Source: an uncultured Actinomycetes bacterium (GTDB lineage: Bacteria > Actinomycetota > Coriobacteriia > Coriobacteriales > RUG033). From it: 40,169 bases of DNA. Location: the NCBI GenBank assembly GCA_900314665.1, contig OMWF01000257.1, positions 1 through 40,169 of the forward strand, written 5' to 3'. The notes beneath the pieces were generated by a model. That model searched no databases. It worked only from the letters and a program-made list of their open reading frames with translations, and was not told where the DNA came from. This document shows positions 29,412 through 37,476 of the stretch, in pieces (the first letter of the stretch is position 1; each line of letters opens with the position of its first letter). The position numbers and the translations under genes were made by a program.

Positions 29412-30061
29412 GGTGCCTGGTGCTGGCGGCGGTCCTGAGCGCGCTGGCAGGCGCCCTGGTCCCAGGCGCGGCCTGCCGGGCTGCCCGCCGGCGCGGCTGG
29501 GAGCGAGACCTCCTCCCGCGGCGCCGGGCTGCGTTGTCTGCGACAAGCGCGCTTCTCGCCGGGACGCTCGCCCTGCTGCTCGGGTCGGCGGCGGGGGCCG
29601 ACCCGGTGAAGGCCGCGCAGGCGGCCCTGTGCCTCGCGGGGTGGCTGGCGGTCTGCGCCGCGGCGATCACCGACGCCCTGTGCCGGGCGATTCCCAACGC
29701 GGCGGCGCTTGCGGCGGCGACGTGCGGGGCGGCGCGGTGGCTCATCGCAGGGCAGCCGGCGTTGCTGGCAGACGCGATGGCCGGCGCCGCGGCGCTGGGC
29801 GCGGTGCTGCTGGCGCTGCGGGCTGGGCTTGGCAGGGGGTCGCTGGGCATGGGTGACGTCAAGCTGCTGGCAGGCGTCTCCCTGCTGGCAGGTCCCGAGC
29901 GATCGCTGCTGCTGGTGCTGGTGGCGAGTCTCTCGGCTGTCCTGAGCGCCCTAGCGGGGCGTTTGACGGGGCACCGGGGGCGAGGCGCGACCATGGCCTT
30001 TGGGCCCTTCATCGCCCTCGGCACCCTGGCGGTTCTCGCATCGTTGCCGAACTGGCTCTAA
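29408..30061 (+). CDS. Peptidase A24 prepilin peptidase (TadV/CpaA-like, no N-terminal Zn/methylase domain)
   Basis: Multi-TM protein with both catalytic Asp motifs (TD....IPN and GMGDVKL) and a C-terminal AFGPFI. Confidence 0.85.
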   Translation: MRCLVLAAVLSALAGALVPGAACRAARRRGWERDLLPRRRAALSATSALLAGTLALLLGSAAGADPVKAAQAALCLAGWLAVCAAAITDALCRAIPNAAALAAATCGAARWLIAGQPALLADAMAGAAALGAVLLALRAGLGRGSLGMGDVKLLAGVSLLAGPERSLLLVLVASLSAVLSALAGRLTGHRGRGATMAFGPFIALGTLAVLASLPNWL

Positions 30062-30147
30062 GTCGGGAATTCTCTGTAGCCGCCGTCCTCGTCTGCTAGG
30101 GTAGGATACAGTCAATGGACGGCTCGCATCTGTCAGGAAGGACCGCA

Positions 30148-30813
30148 ATGGCTGTGACCCAGGTGGGCACTATCGCAATCGACCGGTTGGTGGTCGGCAT
30201 GATCGACACCAACTGCTACATCCTCACGAGCGCAAGCGGATGCGTGGTCATCGACCCCGGAGGCGACTTCCCGGTCATCCTCGAGCAGCTGGCAGGCCGC
30301 ACGCCCGACGCCATCGTCCTCACCCACAGGCATCCGGACCACATCGACGCGCTGGCTGCGCTTAAGAAGGCCACGGGCGCCCCGGTCTACGCCCACGAGC
30401 TCGACGTGGAGGGGATTGAGCATCCGGAGACGGACCACGGGCCAGGGTCGGTGTTCGGCGCCCCCGAGGGCACGAAGGTCGACGTGCACCTGCACGATGG
30501 CGACGCCGTCGTGGCGGGCGACATCGCGCTTTCGGTCCTCTTCACGCCCGGGCACACGCCGGGCGGCATCTCGCTGCTGCTCTCAGACCCTGCAGGCGAG
30601 CCGGCCGTGCTCTTCTCGGGAGACACGCTCTTTGCCGGCGGCATCGGCCGCACCGACCTCGAGGGCGGCAGCTACCAGCAGATCGTCGACTCCATCCGCA
30701 CCAAGCTCGCCCCGCTTCCCGACCGGGTGCGGGTTCTGCCCGGCCATGGGCCCGGCTCCACGGTGGCGGCCGAGCGGCGGGCAAATCCGCTCATGAGCGG
30801 CGTGCGGAGGTAG
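30148..30813 (+). CDS. MBL-fold metallo-hydrolase (glyoxalase II/YcbL-like)
   Basis: TNCY, IDPG, THRHPDH (HxHxDH), TPGHTPG, FSGDTLF...GRTD and PGHG motifs. ATG at 30148 after GGAAGGA. Confidence 0.93.
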   Translation: MAVTQVGTIAIDRLVVGMIDTNCYILTSASGCVVIDPGGDFPVILEQLAGRTPDAIVLTHRHPDHIDALAALKKATGAPVYAHELDVEGIEHPETDHGPGSVFGAPEGTKVDVHLHDGDAVVAGDIALSVLFTPGHTPGGISLLLSDPAGEPAVLFSGDTLFAGGIGRTDLEGGSYQQIVDSIRTKLAPLPDRVRVLPGHGPGSTVAAERRANPLMSGVRR

Positions 30814-30815
30814 GG

Positions 30816-31286
30816 ATGGCAGGGTTTAACGGATACGGCGGCTGGGGGCGCGGGCCGCGCCGTGCCGGCAACGACGAGCTCAACCGCTTTCTCGTGATTC
30901 TGGCGCTGATACTGCTGCTGCTCAGCATCGTGCCGCTGCTCCGCCCGCTGCTCTTCGCCTCGATCGCCCTCTTCATGGCCGCCATCTGGCGGGTGAGCTC
31001 GACCAACGTCGAGGGCAGGCGGCTGGCCAACGAGCGCTTCCTCAAGCGCTTCTCCCGGCACGGGAGCAGCGTCAAGCGCAAGTCGTCACGCAAGGCGCAG
31101 AGGGGCGGACGGCCTGCGGAGTCCGACGTCGTTGTCGAGAACGCCTGGAGCGAGCGTCGGGGACGTCCTGACATGGTGACGCTGGCCTGCGAGAACTGCA
31201 AGCAGGAGCTGCGCGTGCCCAAGGGCAAGGGGCGCATCAGGGTCATCTGCCCCAAGTGCAAGCACGAGTTCTACACCACCACCTGA
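30816..31286 (+). CDS. Small membrane protein with C-terminal zinc ribbon
   Basis: G.DELN followed by two hydrophobic segments, R...N..FL, then CENC...[15 protein letters not shown]. Confidence 0.8.
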   Translation: MAGFNGYGGWGRGPRRAGNDELNRFLVILALILLLLSIVPLLRPLLFASIALFMAAIWRVSSTNVEGRRLANERFLKRFSRHGSSVKRKSSRKAQRGGRPAESDVVVENAWSERRGRPDMVTLACENCKQELRVPKGKGRIRVICPKCKHEFYTTT

Positions 31287-31353
31287 GCTGAGACGGGCCT
31301 GAGCTGCGCGGCATAGCCTGCTTAATTCCTGGTCTGCCAAGCCCAGGCTGCGA

Positions 31354-31402
31354 GAAAAAAGAAGCGTCCCCCGCCGGCCGGCGGGGGACGTATGCGTCTT
31401 TT
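31354..31402. terminator. Bidirectional terminator between the Zn-ribbon gene and gltX
   Basis: Perfect 26-bp palindrome CGTCCCCCGCCGGCCGGCGGGGGACG (31365-31390). An A-run on the left gives a U-tail for the - strand, and TCTTTT lies on the right. Confidence 0.8.
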
Positions 31403-31495
31403 GCATCTGATGGAGCGGAACGCGCCTGGCCGCGAGCGGAGCGTCCATGGAGGTCCCGACTGGGCTGCTCCGTCTGCGAGAGTGCGGCGGCGCGG

Positions 31496-32965
31496 CTAGA
31501 GCGCCTGGGGCAGGGCGGCGTCGATGCGGGCCAGGGTGCGCTCGCGGCCCAGCAGCTCGACCGACCCGAAGAGGGGCGGGGACACCATCGAGCCGGTGGT
31601 CGCCACGCGCAGGGGCTGGAAGACCTTCTTGGGCTTGAGCTCGAGCTTGTCGCACACGGCGCGCAGCTGCTCCTCGATGGTGGCGGCGTCCCACGGCTCG
31701 CAGCCGGCGAGCGCCTCGCGGCAGGCGATGAGCGCGTCTTTGGCGCCTTCCTTGGCGAGCACCTTGGCCACGGACTTCTCGTCCAGCCCGACCTCGTCGC
31801 CAAAGAGGAAGGCGACCTTGTCGGGCAGCTCCTCCAACCGGTGGATGCGCTCGTTCACCAGCGGCACAATGGCCTCGAACCAGGGTCGGCTGGCGGCAAT
31901 CTCATCGGCCGTGGCCAGCCCCGCGCGCTCGAGGAAGGGCGTGGCGGCGTCGATGTAGGCGGCGGGCGAGAGCTCCATCAGATAATGGAGGTTCATCCAG
32001 TCGAGCTTCTCGACGTCAAAGACGGCCGGGTTCTTGGAGATGTGGCCGAGCTCGAACTTGTCAAAGAGATCCTGGGCCGAGAAGATGGTGGTCTCGCCGT
32101 CGGGGGCCCAGCCGAGAAGCGCCAGGTAGTTGACGAGCGCCTCCGGCAGGTAGCCCTGGTCGCGGTACTGCTCGACGCTGGTGGCGCCATGGCGCTTGGA
32201 GAGCTTCTTGCCGTCCGATCCGTTGATCATGGAGAGGTGGGCAAAGGTGGGGACGGGGTAGCCGAGGGCCTCGTAGATGAGGATCTGCCGGGGCGTGTTG
32301 GAGACGTGGTCGCCGCCGCGGATGACGTGGGTGATGGCCATGTTGGTGTCGTCGCAGACCACCGCGAAGTTGTACATGGGGGTGCCGTCCGAGCGGACGA
32401 GCACCATGTCGTCCATCACCTCGATGGGGAAGCTCATGTGCCCCAGCACGGCGTCGTCAAACTCGACGGGGCCGTGGTCCAGGGGCACCTTGAGGCGCCA
32501 GACGTGCGGCTCGCCCGCGGCGATGCGGGCAGCTGCCTCGTCGGGGTCGATGTTGCGGCAGGTGCGGTCGTAGCCCTCGTAGGCGACGCCCGCCTCCTGG
32601 GCGGCGGCCCGCTTGGCATCGAGCTCCTCCTTGGTGCAGAAGCACGGGTAGACCTGGCCCCGCTCCTTGAGCTTCTCCAGGGCGTCGCGGTAGGTGTCGA
32701 GCCGCTCGGTCTGCAGGTAGGGGCCGTAGTCACCGCCCACCTCGGGGCCCTCGTCCCAGTCCAGCCCCAGCCAGCGCATGGCGCGGAGGATGACCTGCTT
32801 GTTCTCCTCAGTGGAGCGGGTGGGGTCGGTGTCCTCGATGCGCAGCACGAAGGTGCCGCCGGTGTGGCGGGCGTAGGCCCAGTTGTAGATCGCCGTACGG
32901 GCGCCTCCCACGTGGAGCTTGCCGGTGGGGGAGGGTGCGAAGCGGACACGGACGGGAGCGGTCAT
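31496..32965 (-). CDS. gltX: Glutamate--tRNA ligase
   Basis: VRVRFAPSPTG.LHVGG, LRIEDTD, YPCFC, HVIRG.DH and KLSKR motifs plus the anticodon domain (PLRVA.TG...SP). Confidence 0.98.
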   Translation of the reverse strand: MTAPVRVRFAPSPTGKLHVGGARTAIYNWAYARHTGGTFVLRIEDTDPTRSTEENKQVILRAMRWLGLDWDEGPEVGGDYGPYLQTERLDTYRDALEKLKERGQVYPCFCTKEELDAKRAAAQEAGVAYEGYDRTCRNIDPDEAAARIAAGEPHVWRLKVPLDHGPVEFDDAVLGHMSFPIEVMDDMVLVRSDGTPMYNFAVVCDDTNMAITHVIRGGDHVSNTPRQILIYEALGYPVPTFAHLSMINGSDGKKLSKRHGATSVEQYRDQGYLPEALVNYLALLGWAPDGETTIFSAQDLFDKFELGHISKNPAVFDVEKLDWMNLHYLMELSPAAYIDAATPFLERAGLATADEIAASRPWFEAIVPLVNERIHRLEELPDKVAFLFGDEVGLDEKSVAKVLAKEGAKDALIACREALAGCEPWDAATIEEQLRAVCDKLELKPKKVFQPLRVATTGSMVSPPLFGSVELLGRERTLARIDAALPQAL

Positions 32966-33084
32966 GTGATTGGTTCCTCTCAGACATCAGGTATCGGGTC
33001 GGTCGGGCTGTTTTTGGGGTCGGGCTGGCGGACGCCCGCAGGGGCGAGTGCGGCGCACCCGGCGGGATGCGGGGCGCGCACTTG

Positions 33085-34461
33085 TCAGACGAGGCCTCCC
33101 TCGCGCAGGGCGGGGGCGTCCGGCTCGGGGTCGACGGCCAGCGAGAGCGCAGTGGCTCCGCCGTAGGCGTCGGAGATGAGCTTCTGTCGGCTGGCCCGCG
33201 AGTAGGTGCCCGCGAAATGGCCATTATACAGGTAGAGCCCGGTGAGGTTGTGGTAGTCCGCCCACTCCGGGTTAATCGGCTGGCCGGGCTCGCGGCCCTG
33301 CTGCAGGTTGGGCGTGGCGTAGAGGGGCGCAAACTCCTGGAGCACGTAGCCCATGCCCTGGTGATCGGCGAGCACCCGGCGCCACTCGTCGTCGGTCATC
33401 GTGCAGCCGGCAAAGATGGAGTCGGCCCCGTAGCTGTTGGAGGGTTTGATGAGCCACTGCTCGCGCTCGGCCACCAGCTGGTCGAGGTCGGTCCCGGGCA
33501 GGTCGAGACGGGTGGTGTAGGGCACGTGCTCCTCGACAAAGCGCCGCTCGTCGGCGGTGAGCATCTCGGACGAGGCGGGCAGGCGCAGCACCTCGAAGAT
33601 GTTCTTGCAGTGCGCGACCTGGGTGGCAAAGCCGCCTACCAGGCAGACTGCATGGTCCTCGTACGCCCGCACCAGGTCGTCGATCTCTGAGCGGTGGGCG
33701 AGGCAGTCGCTGGTGACGGCCCGACGGTAGATGGCGTCCACCCGCCAGCCGTCCTCGTCGGTGAGCGCGCCGCGGGCGTAGCTCAGGGCTCGGGCGTCGA
33801 TGATCCGGCACTCGTAGCCGGCGGCGGCAAAGCGACGCCGGAAGATCTCGATCTCGTTGGGCGTGGTCACGTCCAAGAAGTCCACGATGGCCACGTGGGG
33901 GTTGTCGACGGCGTTCACAAAGCTCCGGTACACCGTGGCGAACTCGGTCACGAAGGGGTCGAAGAGGGCGAAGGGCGCGATGTGGTGGCGGCGGGCCATC
34001 TCCTGGTAGGCGGGCGTCAGGGCGAGCGCGTCGCCCAGCTCGCGGTCCTCGTTCATGGCGGAGGAGCCGTCGGTGTTGAACTCGCAGAACTTGAAGGCGC
34101 CGGTCTCCTCGTTGAGGAAGATGTCCACCCGGGCCATGGGGATGGGCTGCGGATAGCCGGGGTCGAGGCAGATGAGACGCTCGAGCTCGGGGTCAAATCC
34201 AAAGGGCGCGCGGTAGGAGGGGTCCTCGCGGTAGCGCCTGACGGCCTTGCAGAGGATGGCATGGGTGGTCTCGGCCGCCTGCCTGAGCAGCCGCACGGTG
34301 GGGGCGTCCCACAGCTTGGGCGCGTAGAGGGTGTCGACGACCCGCCCGTGGTAGACCGCGGTCGAGCAGTCGATAGCACGGCGGGCGAGCTCACGTCCCT
34401 CCCTGTCGCCTTCGAGCGATTCGATGATGGAGCGATACTCGGCGTCCAGTGCTTTAGTCAT
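33085..34461 (-). CDS. Circularly permuted ATP-grasp amide ligase (glutathionylspermidine synthase / eukaryotic-GS-like fold)
   Basis: ARVDIF...KFCEFNTDGSS near the N-terminus (permuted order), followed by AIYRR, WLIKPSNSYGA..IF.G, YVLQEF and GLYLYNG.F.G.YSR. Confidence 0.8.
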   Translation of the reverse strand: MTKALDAEYRSIIESLEGDREGRELARRAIDCSTAVYHGRVVDTLYAPKLWDAPTVRLLRQAAETTHAILCKAVRRYREDPSYRAPFGFDPELERLICLDPGYPQPIPMARVDIFLNEETGAFKFCEFNTDGSSAMNEDRELGDALALTPAYQEMARRHHIAPFALFDPFVTEFATVYRSFVNAVDNPHVAIVDFLDVTTPNEIEIFRRRFAAAGYECRIIDARALSYARGALTDEDGWRVDAIYRRAVTSDCLAHRSEIDDLVRAYEDHAVCLVGGFATQVAHCKNIFEVLRLPASSEMLTADERRFVEEHVPYTTRLDLPGTDLDQLVAEREQWLIKPSNSYGADSIFAGCTMTDDEWRRVLADHQGMGYVLQEFAPLYATPNLQQGREPGQPINPEWADYHNLTGLYLYNGHFAGTYSRASRQKLISDAYGGATALSLAVDPEPDAPALREGGLV

Positions 34462-34591
34462 GGCGGATCCCTGCTGTTTGGGGTATGAATCGTATCGTGC
34501 CTATTGTAGGGTCAGGCGCGGCTTGACGGGCAGCCATACGGCCCGGCCGATAAGCCGCGCGGGGGCGCCGGTTACGGGAGCGAGGAAGCGC

Positions 34592-36427
34592 GTGGCTGAG
34601 GACAACGAGAGGCTGAGCGATACGAACCCTGCCGAGAAGCTCCGGCCAGGCGACCCTGACCCCTCCGCTCCCCGTGACGCCGAGGCCGACGGCTCTCTTG
34701 CCGCCCCCGGCCGGCCCACCCGGCGCTCGCCCACCTGGCGCACCGCTCCGCGCGGGTCGGCGCCGCGCCCCGCAGTCTGCGAGGCGGGCGGCTTTGTCCG
34801 CTGGTACCGGGGGCTCTTCTCGGATCTGGGCGCCTTCACCCGCGAGCAGGCGGTCCCCCTCGCGCTCTCGGCGCTGGCGGTCGTCGCCACCTACGCCCAC
34901 CTGCTGTTCACCAACAACATCGGCATCGACACCGAGACCATGGTCAACATCCCCGGGACCATCCTCAACTGGTACGGCATCGGCCGGGAGGGCATGGTGC
35001 TCTCCAAGTTTGTGCTGGGCACCCTCGACTTCAACATGTACTGGGCCGAGTACCTGGGGCTTGCGTTTCTGTTGCTGGCGGTCTGGATGTGGTGCTTCCT
35101 GCTGCATCGCTTGGGAGCCCGGCGCCGTCTGACCTTCTGCGTCTTTCCGATGGTCTTTGCCACCCACCCTATCTTCGTCGAGCAGTTCTACTTCACCACC
35201 CAGATGGCCGAGTTCAACTTCGCGCTGCTCATGGTTCCGGTGGCCTTCCTGCTCATCGTCGAGGGCGCTCGCTCGTGCTCGGCCGGCGCCCTGGGCATCG
35301 CCGGGACTGCGGGGTGCCTGCTCTTCCTCTGGGCCTTTGCCTCCTACCAGTCGTTTCTCGCCCTGGTTCTGGCCACGGGCGCGCTCACCGGCCTGATGAT
35401 GGCGCGGCAGGATCCCTTCGACCGAGCCGCCTTCAAGCGCTGCGCCTGGTGCTTTGCCCTGGCGTTCATCGTCTCTGCCGCGGCCTACCTGGTCATCACC
35501 CGCACCTGGTTCTCCTCGAGCGACTACCTCACCGGTCAGATTCTCTGGGGCACCCAGTCGGTGGCCCTGTGCCTGCGCTCGCTGGGGCGGGCGGTGCGCG
35601 ACATGGCCTTTGGCGAGGGGCGCTTCTACACGCCCGTCTACATCGTGGCGGCGGTCCTGCTCGTCTGCCGCCAGGCCGTCGACTTCGGCCGGGGCGAGGG
35701 CGCCGGCCGCCGTGGGTTCATCGTGCTCGCCTCCGCGCTCCTGCTGGTCTGCCCCTTCCTGCTGCCGGCGGTGATGGCCACCGCCCCGGCCGCCCGCACC
35801 GCCTTCACGCTGCCCTTCGTGAGCGCCTCCGCGCTGGTGCTGCTCTGGGAGGGGAGCGACTCCACGGCGCCGGGCCTGGCCGTCAAGCGCCTGGCCATGG
35901 CCGTGCTGGTGCTCGCGGTGACGGGGTCGCAGATGGCCACCAGCCTGCGCCTCATCTACACCGACGACGTTGCCCAGCAGCAGTCGCTCGAGCTGGCGGG
36001 CGTGCTCTGCCACGACCTCGACGTGGCGCTCGAGGGGTCTTCTACCAAGGCCGTGGTCTTTGTGGGCTGCTGGGAGCCGGAGCTCAACTCGGCCTGCCTC
36101 AGGGGCGAGTACATCGGGACCACCGAGTTCCATTGGGGCGACGCCTCGCTGCCTCACTACCAGCGCTCGTCCGAGATCGTCTGCAACTGGCTCGAGTCCC
36201 AGGGCCACACCTACGCCCACCCCACCGACGCCCAGGTCATCGAGGCCCGGAAGATCGCCTACACGATGGCGCCCTACACCAAGGGGGGCGGCATCTATGA
36301 CGCCGGGTCCTTTGTGGTGGTGAAGCTGGGGCCGGACCTCTTCTATAATCAGGACATCGCACCGCTTGCCGCAAGCGGCCAGCCGGCATCGCCTGGAACC
36401 GACGAAGCCCTCAGTGCGACGTTGTAA
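34592..36427 (+). CDS. Multi-pass membrane glycosyltransferase, GT-C/GtrII (Glucos_trans_II)-like
   Basis: IGIDTE...W..IGR, HP.FVEQFYF..Q, ASYQS and R..F motifs, about 10 TM segments and an extracellular C-terminal domain. GTG at 34592 after GAGGA is preferred; the ORF-track start 34424 overlaps the divergent gene. Confidence 0.75.
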   Translation: MAEDNERLSDTNPAEKLRPGDPDPSAPRDAEADGSLAAPGRPTRRSPTWRTAPRGSAPRPAVCEAGGFVRWYRGLFSDLGAFTREQAVPLALSALAVVATYAHLLFTNNIGIDTETMVNIPGTILNWYGIGREGMVLSKFVLGTLDFNMYWAEYLGLAFLLLAVWMWCFLLHRLGARRRLTFCVFPMVFATHPIFVEQFYFTTQMAEFNFALLMVPVAFLLIVEGARSCSAGALGIAGTAGCLLFLWAFASYQSFLALVLATGALTGLMMARQDPFDRAAFKRCAWCFALAFIVSAAAYLVITRTWFSSSDYLTGQILWGTQSVALCLRSLGRAVRDMAFGEGRFYTPVYIVAAVLLVCRQAVDFGRGEGAGRRGFIVLASALLLVCPFLLPAVMATAPAARTAFTLPFVSASALVLLWEGSDSTAPGLAVKRLAMAVLVLAVTGSQMATSLRLIYTDDVAQQQSLELAGVLCHDLDVALEGSSTKAVVFVGCWEPELNSACLRGEYIGTTEFHWGDASLPHYQRSSEIVCNWLESQGHTYAHPTDAQVIEARKIAYTMAPYTKGGGIYDAGSFVVVKLGPDLFYNQDIAPLAASGQPASPGTDEALSATL

Positions 36428-36439
36428 GGGGGAGGGGCC

Positions 36440-37435
36440 GTGCTGCTGTCGATCGTCGTGCCCTGCTATAACGAGCAGGAAATGGTACCGCTGCTGTGGC
36501 GGGCGCTGACGGGCGCGCTCGCTTCCCTTCATGACGAGCAGGGCCTCGACTCCGAGGTCATCCTCGTCGACGACGGGTCGTCCGACGCCACGCTGTCCGA
36601 GCTGCGCGGGCTTGCGGCCGACCCCACCTGCCAAGGCGAGCTCTCCGGCTACCTGCCCGTGCTGCGCTACCGCTCCTTCTCGCGCAACTTTGGCAAGGAG
36701 GCGGCCCTCTCGGCGGGCCTCATGGCGGCCGCGGGCGACCTGGTGGCGGTCATGGACGCCGACCTTCAGGATCCGCCGGAGCTGCTGGCGCAGATGTACG
36801 AGAAGCTCAAGGCCGGCACCTGCGACGTGGTGGCCGCCCGGCGCGTGACCCGTGAGGGGGAGCCGCCCATACGCTCGGTCTTTGCTCGCCTCTTCTACCG
36901 GCTCATGGGCGACCTCTCCAAGACCGAGGTGGTCGACGGCGCCCGCGACTTCCGGATGATGACCCGTCGGGTGGTCGATGCGGTGCTCTCCCTACCCGAG
37001 CGCAGCCGCTTCTCCAAGGGCATCTTCAGCTGGGTGGGCTTTAGGACCGAGTGGATCGAGTACCGCAACGTGGAGCGGGCGGCGGGGGAGACGAGCTGGT
37101 CGTTTTGGGGGCTCGTCCGCTACTCCATCGAGGGGATCGTCTCGTTTTCCATCAAGCCCCTGCACCTGGCCAGCGGCGTGGGGCTCACGATGAGCCTGCT
37201 GGCGCTGGTGGCCATCGTCGTGATCATCGTCCGCACGCTGGCCTTTGGCGACCCGGTGGCGGGCTGGCCGAGCCTGGCCTGCCTGGTGACGCTGGTCGGC
37301 GGCATCACCCTGCTCTCGACCGGCATCCTGGGCGAATACCTGGCCCGGGTCTACCTCGAGGTCAAGCAGCGCCCGCTGTTCCTGGTGGCCGAGGAGGGCA
37401 GCTCGCAAGAGCCCGAAAATGACGGGGCCGCCTGA
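36440..37435 (+). CDS. GT2 polyprenyl-phosphate glycosyltransferase (GtrB/YkoT-like)
   Basis: SIVVPCYNE, VDDGSSD, FSRNFGKEAA, MDADLQDPP, GARDFR and RFSKG.FSWVGF motifs, two C-terminal TMs and GEYL.R.Y.EVK.RP. Confidence 0.93.
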   Translation: MLLSIVVPCYNEQEMVPLLWRALTGALASLHDEQGLDSEVILVDDGSSDATLSELRGLAADPTCQGELSGYLPVLRYRSFSRNFGKEAALSAGLMAAAGDLVAVMDADLQDPPELLAQMYEKLKAGTCDVVAARRVTREGEPPIRSVFARLFYRLMGDLSKTEVVDGARDFRMMTRRVVDAVLSLPERSRFSKGIFSWVGFRTEWIEYRNVERAAGETSWSFWGLVRYSIEGIVSFSIKPLHLASGVGLTMSLLALVAIVVIIVRTLAFGDPVAGWPSLACLVTLVGGITLLSTGILGEYLARVYLEVKQRPLFLVAEEGSSQEPENDGAA

Positions 37436-37452
37436 CGTGTGAGGCGGCCCCG
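37423..37452. terminator. Hairpin at the convergent junction of the GT2 gene and the glutamate-cysteine ligase gene
   Basis: CGGGGCCGCCT (37423-37433) pairs with AGGCGGCCCCG (37442-37452) as an 11-bp stem overlapping the GT2 stop. No clear U-tract. Confidence 0.55.
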
Positions 37453-37476
37453 CGGCTTCGCTGCCTTGCCTGCGTC

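Noticed and set aside
31390-31495. Possible tRNA-Gln/Glu downstream of gltX
   Set aside because: No TTCGA T-loop or cloverleaf is recognisable on either strand.
31496-34461. Functional link between gltX and the ATP-grasp ligase (tRNA-dependent glutamylation)
   Set aside because: GltX looks like the ordinary full-length housekeeping enzyme, and ATP-grasp ligases do not need aminoacyl-tRNA. Adjacency alone is insufficient.
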